Under the pieces are notes generated by a model, which was given only the letters and a program-made list of their open reading frames with translations, made no database searches and had not been told where the DNA came from. From positions 31,191-95,190 of the forward strand of contig CAZELI010000001.1 of assembly GCA_964512985.1 (NCBI GenBank): DNA of 64,000 nucleotides. Direction: 5' to 3'. Both the position numbers and the translations under genes were made by a program. Source of the stretch: an uncultured Gammaproteobacteria bacterium (GTDB taxonomy: Bacteria > Cyanobacteriota > Vampirovibrionia > LMEP-6097). Shown here piece by piece: positions 8,796-17,489 of the stretch (within the stretch, counting starts at the first letter, position 1; every line of letters starts with the position of its first letter).

Positions 8796-9740
8796 ATGAT
8801 TTATGATGCAGAACAATTTGTTAAAGCTACTTTTGCTGGTGGCTGTTTCTGGTGTGTAGAAAGTACTTTTTCCAAAATACCAGGAATCAAGAAAGTTATC
8901 TCGGGTTACATTGGGGGACATACGGAGAATCCCAGTTATGAAGAGGTGTCGCAAGGTACTACTGGACATATAGAAGCGATAGAAATTACTTATGATTCTA
9001 ATCAGGTAAGCTATGAAAAATTATTAGATGCATATTGGAAGGAGATTGATCCTACCGATGCGGGCGGGCAGTTTGCAGATCGCGGATCGCAATATAAGCC
9101 AGCGGTATTTTATCATAGTCAAGAACAAAAACTAATAGCAGAAAAATCTAAAGCTCAATTAGATAGTTCGGGTCTACTCTCTAAACCAGTACAGGTAGAG
9201 ATTTTGCCTGCGACCACATTTTATCCTGCAGAAGATTATCATCAAGAGTATTATAAGAAAAATCCAGTTCATTATAATTTATATAGAACAGGTTCGGGAC
9301 GAGAAAAATCTTTAAAACAAATTTGGGGTGATCTAAAAAAGAAATTAACACCACTGCAATATCATGTAACTCAAGAAAACGGGACTGAGCCTGCTTTTCA
9401 GAATGAGTATTGGGATAATAAAGAAGAAGGTCTCTATGTGGATCTTGTTACAGGTGAGCCGCTATTTAGTTCTAAGGATAAGTTTGATTCTGGTTGTGGT
9501 TGGCCATCATTTACTAAACCTGTGGTTAAAGATAGTATTGTTAATAAACAAGATTATAGTCATTTTATGCTGAGAACCGAAGTTAGGTCTAAGGATTCTG
9601 ATTCTCATTTAGGACATGTGTTTGAAGATGGTCCTGCGCCTAATGGTTTAAGGTATTGCATCAATTCAGCAGCCCTAAAATTTATTCCGAAGAACAAGCT
9701 TACGGAAGCTGGATATGAAGAATATCTAAAGTATTTGTAA
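8796..9740 (+). CDS. msrAB: Bifunctional methionine sulfoxide reductase MsrA-MsrB fusion
   Basis: GCFWCVE (MsrA active site) in the N-terminal half. CGWPSF and RYCINS (MsrB) in the C-terminal half. Confidence 0.9.
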   Translation: MIYDAEQFVKATFAGGCFWCVESTFSKIPGIKKVISGYIGGHTENPSYEEVSQGTTGHIEAIEITYDSNQVSYEKLLDAYWKEIDPTDAGGQFADRGSQYKPAVFYHSQEQKLIAEKSKAQLDSSGLLSKPVQVEILPATTFYPAEDYHQEYYKKNPVHYNLYRTGSGREKSLKQIWGDLKKKLTPLQYHVTQENGTEPAFQNEYWDNKEEGLYVDLVTGEPLFSSKDKFDSGCGWPSFTKPVVKDSIVNKQDYSHFMLRTEVRSKDSDSHLGHVFEDGPAPNGLRYCINSAALKFIPKNKLTEAGYEEYLKYL

Positions 9741-9757
9741 CTACTCGGCTTATATTT

Positions 9758-10003
9758 TTAGTGATTGCCGCTAAGTCTTCCGAGGCTGGTCCAGCGTTTG
9801 ATGTGTTTAGCGTCCACTCCAGTTCGATTAGCTAATTCTTCTGGCGTAATTCGTTCGCCATACCTGAGAGCTTTTTTCACTCGATCAAACAATTCCTGAT
9901 CATAATCAAAACACGAGCTGCAAACACCTGAGGGTGGTTTGTCAGCCAATATTGTATTGCAGATACCGCATTTACTTAATTTTCTATCAGCAGGGTCGCT
10001 CAT
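9758..10003 (-). CDS. Small zinc-ribbon + HTH-like protein (paralogue 2)
   Basis: 81 aa, collinear with the 8429..8665 product: CGIC..CSSC, DQELFDRVKKALRYGERITPEELANRTGVDAKHIKRWTSLGR. Confidence 0.55.
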   Translation of the reverse strand: MSDPADRKLSKCGICNTILADKPPSGVCSSCFDYDQELFDRVKKALRYGERITPEELANRTGVDAKHIKRWTSLGRLSGNH

Positions 10004-10100
10004 ATATACTATTAATTCCCCAAAATCAGGGTATTCATGCTACCTGTTTGATTATACAAGAGACTTGGTACAAAAGCAAAGGTTTCAGGTAACAAAGGTC

Positions 10101-10466
10101 TTATATCTGCCCAGTTTTAAGCATTACTAAAGTACAAGCTTCGACAACATTAATCCCTGCATCTTTTAAGACCTGGTAAATAGAATGGTTCTCGGCACCT
10201 GGATTGAAAATTATTCTTTTAGGTTTAATGCGCACAAATTCAGAAACTAAATTTGTGGATATTTGCGGCCCAACATACATAGTTATAGTATCGATATTTT
10301 CAGTAACTTGATCTAGAGAAGCTTTCACGGGAATATTCTCTATGGTTTTTAATTGTGGATGTATTGGAATTACATTGAAGCCATGTTCACTCAAAAGCAT
10401 CAGTGCCTTATAAGAATATCTATCTTGTTTATCGGATGCTCCTACTACAACATAGTTGGGTTTCAT
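10101..10466 (-). CDS. CoA-binding domain protein (YccU/YneT-like)
   Basis: 121 aa. VVGASDKQDRYSYKALMLLSEHGFNVIPIHP and FNPGAEN are typical of the small CoA-binding family. Confidence 0.75.
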   Translation of the reverse strand: MKPNYVVVGASDKQDRYSYKALMLLSEHGFNVIPIHPQLKTIENIPVKASLDQVTENIDTITMYVGPQISTNLVSEFVRIKPKRIIFNPGAENHSIYQVLKDAGINVVEACTLVMLKTGQI

Positions 10467-10496
10467 ATGTATTATTATAGATGATTTTTAGTTGTG

Positions 10497-10690
10497 GTGA
10501 CTACTCGGTCTTTATTGTATATATTCTATTTATCCCTAGAACCGGGATGGGGTGGGGTTCCGCCGCTTCGCGGCGTTTGCGCTGCGCGCGGCTTAATCTG
10601 ATAAATTATTAGCAGTCCGCAGGACAAACGTGCCGTAGGTGTGAAACCACAATAAAAAAATAATGAGTATGGAATTGAAGGGAGTTGGGT
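10497..10690 (+). mobile_element. MITE copy 1 (GC-rich hairpin core, decayed right terminal repeat)
   Basis: Left end GTGACTACTCGGT. The core is near-identical to copies at 13692 and 40741. Flanking 9-mers are TTAGTTGTG (10488-10496) and TTAGTTATG (10691-10699), an 8/9 match. Confidence 0.7.
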
Positions 10691-10694
10691 TTAG

Positions 10695-12341
10695 TTATGA
10701 AGCGGGTTTTCTTGGCTTTTTATAATTGCTAGAAGGGGCTCTTGGAGCCGTGCCAGAATTTGAGCTTGGTCTAGAACTCGGTTTAGAACTTGATTTAGAG
10801 CCATAGCTCGATTTAGAACTGAAGCTAGAGCCTGACTTAGAGCTTGATCTAGAACCTTCAGAGTTAGATCTAGAACTTGACCTTGGACCTGAACTCGATC
10901 TTGAGCCTGATCTAGGGCCAGAGCTGAAACTCTTACGATCACTACCGCCTCTGTCATTACTACCTCTATAACCTGAAGATTTACCTTTAGAATCTCTTCT
11001 TTGGCTAGAATATTTTTCTGGACCAAACTCTACAGTGCTATCAAAGTCACCGACTTCTTGATCCATGAGTTGTTTGAGTAATGTTGCTGTGATTTCTTCT
11101 ACGCTTTGACCTTCTGCTTTCCATTCTTCAATGTATTTTAAATATTTTTTCTGTAAGCGAGCCCCTAGATGTTCGTCTTGTAAGCTGCTAGTGAATACTT
11201 TTAATTTAGATGCTTCTAGATCTTCGATTGTAGGTACTTTTGCGCTTTCGATTTTTAGATTGTTGAATTTTGCGATTCGTTTTAAGTGATCTACTTCTTT
11301 ACCAACCACAAATGAGAATGCCATTCCAGTTTTGCCAGCTCTACCTGTTCTACCAATGCGGTGTACATAATCTTGACTATCACGAGGTAGGTCAAAGTTA
11401 AATACAGCTTCGATGTTATTCACATCAATCCCTCTTGCTGCCACGTCTGTAGCGATAAGCAGTTGGATTTGTTCTTTTCTGAAACCATTCATTACAGAGT
11501 CTCTCTTTCTCTGATCCATATCACCGTGTAATCCAGCAGCATTATATTTCTTAGATCTAAGCATAGTGCTGAGGTCATCAACCATAGCTTTGGTGTTACA
11601 AAAAATTAGTGCTGACTTAACATCATAGAAAGCAAGAACTCTTTTAAGAGCTTCTACTTTACTTTTATTGTTAATCTCAAAATATATTTGATTAATTTGT
11701 ACGCTCTGTTCTTTATCGCTAACCACATTGATATGTTCAGGTTTGTTTTGATATTTCTGTGTAAGTTTTAAGATGTCGCGAGACATAGTCGCTGAGAACA
11801 TTACAGTCTGCCTGGTTTTAGGAGTGTCTTGGAGAATAGTTTCTATGTCTTCTCTGAAGCCCATGTCTAACATTTGGTCAGCTTCATCTAAAGTAAGGAA
11901 TTGAAGGTTCTGTAGTTTGAGAGAGCCACGTCTCATATGATCCATGATACGTCCTGGAGTTCCCACTACGACTTGAACGCCTTGCTTCAATGCTTTAAGT
12001 TGTGTTGAAATATTTTGTCCGCCATAAATAGCGACCACTGATAAGTCCTTCTGATATTTCAGTAGCTTGCTAAACTGTTCTGTAACTTGCACTACAAGCT
12101 CACGTGTTGGGCAGAGTACTAATGCTTGTATTGCTTGGTTTTCAGCATCTATCTTCTCGATAATAGGTATGGCAAAAGCTGCTGTTTTACCGGTTCCGGT
12201 GCCAGCTTGTCCGATAATATCCTTACCATGTAATAATAAAGGAATCGTCTTAGATTGAATTTCTGTCGCATAGACGAAACCCATTTCCTCTATAGCTCTT
12301 AGAGTGGGTTCTGATAATTTAAGTTTGGCAAATTGTGTCAA
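10695..12341 (-). CDS. DEAD-box ATP-dependent RNA helicase with long Ser/Arg/Gly/Lys-rich C-terminal tail
   Basis: Motifs GTGTGKT, DEAD, SAT and HRIGRTGRAG. The last ~100 aa are low complexity (..SGPRSGSRSSSGPRSSSRSNSEGSRSSSKSGSS..). Confidence 0.9.
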   Translation of the reverse strand: MTQFAKLKLSEPTLRAIEEMGFVYATEIQSKTIPLLLHGKDIIGQAGTGTGKTAAFAIPIIEKIDAENQAIQALVLCPTRELVVQVTEQFSKLLKYQKDLSVVAIYGGQNISTQLKALKQGVQVVVGTPGRIMDHMRRGSLKLQNLQFLTLDEADQMLDMGFREDIETILQDTPKTRQTVMFSATMSRDILKLTQKYQNKPEHINVVSDKEQSVQINQIYFEINNKSKVEALKRVLAFYDVKSALIFCNTKAMVDDLSTMLRSKKYNAAGLHGDMDQRKRDSVMNGFRKEQIQLLIATDVAARGIDVNNIEAVFNFDLPRDSQDYVHRIGRTGRAGKTGMAFSFVVGKEVDHLKRIAKFNNLKIESAKVPTIEDLEASKLKVFTSSLQDEHLGARLQKKYLKYIEEWKAEGQSVEEITATLLKQLMDQEVGDFDSTVEFGPEKYSSQRRDSKGKSSGYRGSNDRGGSDRKSFSSGPRSGSRSSSGPRSSSRSNSEGSRSSSKSGSSFSSKSSYGSKSSSKPSSRPSSNSGTAPRAPSSNYKKPRKPAS

Positions 12342-12528
12342 GCGCCTAAATCATAGCAGATCTCAAGAATAGATGCGTCTTTACGCAAGAAGCTTATATT
12401 CTTTTAATTAAGGGCTATTTAAAATAAGTTTAGTTTTAGTTATTTATGATTAAACTTGGGGATTATGCTAAAATAGCACTTAAGATCCGAATTTAGCTGC
12501 TATTTTCGGATTATAGTCGGTAAATAGT

Positions 12529-13695
12529 ATGTTAAAAGCTAATAAAATCAACCGTTTATTGGAATTTGAAGAAAATTATAGTTTTTTTCTCTTTGGCCCT
12601 CGTGGTTGCGGGAAAACGACATTAATTACTGAACAGTATGCTGATAGATCCGAGATCTTGGATCTACTCAATATTGAGCTTGAAACAAGACTAAGAAGAA
12701 ATCCAAGTCTTCTCAAAGAGATTGTTGCGAATTTAGAGAATATTGATTACGTTGTCATAGATGAGATTCAAAAAATTCCCGAACTTTTAGACTTAGTACA
12801 CAAGCTCATAGAAGAAACTGATAAATATTTCATTCTTACTGGTTCCAGCGCAAGGAAACTAAAACGAGGTGATGCTAATTTACTTGCAGGTAGAGCGTTT
12901 TCATATTTTCTGCATCCTTTTACGAGTATAGAATTGGGTGAAGATTTTAATCTGGAGCATGCACTGCACTGGGGTATGTTACCAAAAGTCCAAGAATTTA
13001 AAACTGAGAGAAGTAAAGAAAAATTTTTGAAAGCTTATGCTCAAACTTATCTCAAAGAAGAGATTTTTGCTGAACAGTTTATTAGAGCATTAGATCCGTT
13101 TAGATATTTTTTAGAGCTAGCTGCGCAGATGAATGGTAAAATATTGAATTTTTCTAAGATAGCCAAAGATGTTGGTGTAGATGATAAGACTATTGAGAAA
13201 TATTATTCAATATTGGAAGATACTTTAATAGGTTTTAGTTTAAAGGCTTTTAAACACTCTTTTAGAAAGCAATTATCTACTAAACCTAAGTTTTATCTTT
13301 TTGATACTGGAGTAAAACGTAGTTTAGACAATTCTTTAAGTATACCATTGCAAGAAAGTACATCAGCTTATGGTCATGCTTTTGAACATTTTGTAATTCT
13401 TGAAATTATAAAACTTGCTTCTTACTTTCATGATGATTATCGTTTTAGTTACCTTAAAACTAAGGATGACGTTGAAATTGATTTAATTGTAGAGAGACCT
13501 GGTAAACCTTTCTTATTTATTGAAATTAAAAGTACAAAAGAGGTTAACAAAGATTCTTTATCAAACCTCATTACACTTTCCAAAGATTTTAATAATTGTG
13601 AACCCATATGCTTTTCACGAGATAGTATTACCAGAAAAATTGATAATGTATTAGTTATAAGCTGGCAAGAAGGTTTGAAAAAGTTTTTTTTGTAA
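12529..13695 (+). CDS. AAA-family ATPase with DUF4143-like C-terminal domain
   Basis: Walker A GPRGCGKT and Walker B VVIDEIQ. Overall layout matches the AAA_14/DUF4143 'ATP-binding protein' family. Confidence 0.75.
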   Translation: MLKANKINRLLEFEENYSFFLFGPRGCGKTTLITEQYADRSEILDLLNIELETRLRRNPSLLKEIVANLENIDYVVIDEIQKIPELLDLVHKLIEETDKYFILTGSSARKLKRGDANLLAGRAFSYFLHPFTSIELGEDFNLEHALHWGMLPKVQEFKTERSKEKFLKAYAQTYLKEEIFAEQFIRALDPFRYFLELAAQMNGKILNFSKIAKDVGVDDKTIEKYYSILEDTLIGFSLKAFKHSFRKQLSTKPKFYLFDTGVKRSLDNSLSIPLQESTSAYGHAFEHFVILEIIKLASYFHDDYRFSYLKTKDDVEIDLIVERPGKPFLFIEIKSTKEVNKDSLSNLITLSKDFNNCEPICFSRDSITRKIDNVLVISWQEGLKKFFL

Positions 13696-13905
13696 CTACT
13701 CACCCATTTAAATAATATTTTCTATTGAAAATCCTTCGAACCAAGATGGGGATGGGGTTCCGCCGCTTCGCGGCGTTTGCGCTGCGCGCGGCTTAATACG
13801 ATGAATTATTAGCTGTCCGCAGGACGAAACGCGCCGAAGGCGCGTAACCACAACATAAAATGAGTTTTAGGAAATTGATGATTATTTAAAGAGGTGAGTA
13901 GTTAC
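13692..13905 (+). mobile_element. MITE copy 2 (intact)
   Basis: Perfect 13-bp terminal inverted repeats GTAACTACTCACC / GGTGAGTAGTTAC. Perfect 9-bp direct repeats GTTTTTTTT at 13683-13691 and 13906-13914. GC-rich core of four short hairpins. Confidence 0.85.
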
Positions 13906-13947
13906 GTTTTTTTTGTAAAAATCGGGTACATATATAAGGTAGTGACT

Positions 13948-14880
13948 ATGCAACTTGAACAACTTAGCTCTCAGTCTTTTTGGCAAGAATTTGCAGGCAG
14001 TGCCTTCCATATTACTGATGAACCTAAGACGATAACGGTAAATCAAGTTAAGCCTTCATCTGAAATAATGGAAGAAACTAAAAGATTATTCAAGCTAGAA
14101 GGTTATGCACATTTATACAAGCAGTTAGATTTAGATTTAAGTGCCTATACTATTCTTTTGAAAAAAATGTTTGATGCTAATCTTCCGCCAGTGTTTGCTT
14201 TTGTCTATGATGAGTTTTGGGAGTTACAGGCAAGGCTTCAACCTATTATAGAAAGCTTTCTAGGAGAAGGTTCTAAGCTGATGCCGACTCTATGGATCTG
14301 GTATGTAGATCCAGCAAGAGAACGAGAAATTCTTCAAGAAGAAAATAAAGAACTTGTTACTAGAACTTTATACTCAGGTTTTTACGGACCACATCGTGAC
14401 AAAGGTAAGAAAGGACTTAATGATGACGGTAGCCCTAAGATTCTGTCGTTTTGGTTGCCTCTCACGGAAGCCAATCCCTTAAACAGTTGTATTTATATAG
14501 TGCCTGCTAACAGAGATCAAACATATAGAAAGGAAGATGAGGATAGCTGGTATTTTAAGCAGCCTGATATTCGTGCTCTGCCAGCTAAGCCAGGTGATAT
14601 TTTATTCTGGAATGAGGCGGTGATACATTGGGGATCTAGACCAGCACCTGGGCGCAAAGTACCACCTCGGGTAAGTATTGGTTTTGAGTATGTTAATAAG
14701 GATTGCCTTGATAAATGTACACACTTTGATATTGATACTTTACCTGACTTTCAAACCCGCTTGGAGATTATTGCTCTGCAATTCAAACTTTACCTCACTT
14801 CTGCTGGTTTCCCTGCTGTGTTAATCGATTTCATTAAAGCACACGATAGGTTAGTGAGATCAGGGAAGGAGAGTTTTTAG
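13948..14880 (+). CDS. Fe(II)/2-oxoglutarate dioxygenase, phytanoyl-CoA dioxygenase (PhyH)-like
   Basis: HRD (HxD) plus distal His in VIHWGS, within a PhyH-like context. I prefer the ATG at 13948, since the track start 13894 lies inside the MITE terminal repeat. Confidence 0.6.
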   Translation: MQLEQLSSQSFWQEFAGSAFHITDEPKTITVNQVKPSSEIMEETKRLFKLEGYAHLYKQLDLDLSAYTILLKKMFDANLPPVFAFVYDEFWELQARLQPIIESFLGEGSKLMPTLWIWYVDPAREREILQEENKELVTRTLYSGFYGPHRDKGKKGLNDDGSPKILSFWLPLTEANPLNSCIYIVPANRDQTYRKEDEDSWYFKQPDIRALPAKPGDILFWNEAVIHWGSRPAPGRKVPPRVSIGFEYVNKDCLDKCTHFDIDTLPDFQTRLEIIALQFKLYLTSAGFPAVLIDFIKAHDRLVRSGKESF

Positions 14881-14882
14881 AA

Positions 14883-15755
14883 TTAGTTCTTATTTCTTTT
14901 TTTAGGTGCAAAGAAATCTCCTACTATCATTTGTCCATTAAGATCCCATCTAAGTCTAATCATATTATGCTGGAGTTGATCGACTAATTTTGCCTTAATG
15001 ATACTGGGCGGCCTATTACCATTGCTGATTGTTATTGTATAATCCTTTTTCCCTTTATGTGTGATAGTCACAGTTTGCTTCGGCTTAGTTTCAAGAATTG
15101 GTGGAGCTTGAGTCTTAACTCTTGGAGAACCATCAGTATTTTTATCTAAACCAAACATAACTCTCAATGTGCTAACAAACTCTGGAATTTTTTGATCATA
15201 TACTTTTTTAAGCTCAGTTAATTGTTCATTAGTTCGTATAAAATGCTCAATATGATTTTTGGTTTCAGCAGATAAATTCTTAGTCCATAATTTGACTGCT
15301 GATGCTAGGTGTTTAATAGAGCAATCTACTTTAGATGTGCCATTTGCTATAAATTCTTGATTTCCTTTTTTCAAGCTCTCTTCTTGACGTTTCGGACTTA
15401 ACTCTTTACGATAACCTATTAAGTAATTCACGATATTCAATAGCTCAACAAATTTTATCCAGACTGTGCTATCAAATATTTTCTGATTTATAGTTTGGTC
15501 TAATTGTCTCCCTAATGCTTCATATGGTGGTGGTTCACATATAGTTACCATTCGTTGATCATGTAATGATGAAAGATTTCTAGTTGTTTCTGAGATTTGA
15601 GGTGAAGAGAATGACACGAGGAATCCTTTGGCTAATCTTGCAAAGCGATCAACTTGGCTTCCTAAATTATGATCTCTTATATGCCATTCTTGAAGACCTT
15701 TTAAGGATTCAATTTGTTCGTAAGATTGTTCAGAAGGGATTATAGCTTGAATCAT
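14883..15755 (-). CDS. Hypothetical protein (290 aa)
   Basis: Long ORF, co-directional with gltBD. No recognisable motif. Confidence 0.5.
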   Translation of the reverse strand: MIQAIIPSEQSYEQIESLKGLQEWHIRDHNLGSQVDRFARLAKGFLVSFSSPQISETTRNLSSLHDQRMVTICEPPPYEALGRQLDQTINQKIFDSTVWIKFVELLNIVNYLIGYRKELSPKRQEESLKKGNQEFIANGTSKVDCSIKHLASAVKLWTKNLSAETKNHIEHFIRTNEQLTELKKVYDQKIPEFVSTLRVMFGLDKNTDGSPRVKTQAPPILETKPKQTVTITHKGKKDYTITISNGNRPPSIIKAKLVDQLQHNMIRLRWDLNGQMIVGDFFAPKKRNKN

Positions 15756-15797
15756 TAAGAAAATATAATAGCATGCTTTTATCTTGGGTGATTGATA

Positions 15798-16070
15798 TCA
15801 CCTAAGTGAATCCCCTCCAAACTTCTCTACTATTTCCTGGCATAGTTCTTCAGTCTTACACACAATGAAGAAATTCATAATGCCGTTGCCTGTATAACCA
15901 ATAGCCTTATAACCTGCGTCGGTTTTTTGAACTAAGCGAATATGTCCAGGGCTGAATTTATGCCTCGCACATTCGCAAACACCAAGTACTAATTTAGCTC
16001 CCTGTGCTTCAATCCAGTTCATGCTTTTCTTTAATTCTTTGGGGACTGTTTTATGCTTTGCGCGTGCCAT
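15798..16070 (-). CDS. Hypothetical small protein (90 aa)
   Basis: ORF 9 nt downstream of gltD. Has a Cys/His pattern (CECARH) but no family I can name. Confidence 0.5.
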   Translation of the reverse strand: MARAKHKTVPKELKKSMNWIEAQGAKLVLGVCECARHKFSPGHIRLVQKTDAGYKAIGYTGNGIMNFFIVCKTEELCQEIVEKFGGDSLR

Positions 16071-16079
16071 TCTTAAGCT

Positions 16080-17489
<1,410 letters not shown>

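Noticed and set aside
10536-10660. GC-rich repeated sequence, considered as a CRISPR repeat or a multi-copy structured RNA gene (tRNA/rRNA fragment)
   Set aside because: The copies are kilobases apart, about 200 bp long, bounded by inverted terminal repeats and 9-bp target duplications, and one is inverted. I found no cloverleaf or known RNA signature. I treat it as a MITE, though transcription of the core cannot be excluded.
10691-11026. 111-aa ORF on the minus strand
   Set aside because: It is an alternative frame of the repetitive DNA encoding the helicase low-complexity tail. The helicase frame is continuous with conserved motifs.
13894-13947. N-terminal extensions of track ORFs that begin inside repeats or the preceding gene (13894, 23370, 33983, 45000)
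   Set aside because: Non-ATG starts lying in MITE or palindrome sequence, or overlapping rfbH. Downstream ATGs agree better with family N-termini or a Shine-Dalgarno site (AGGAGG before 45087).
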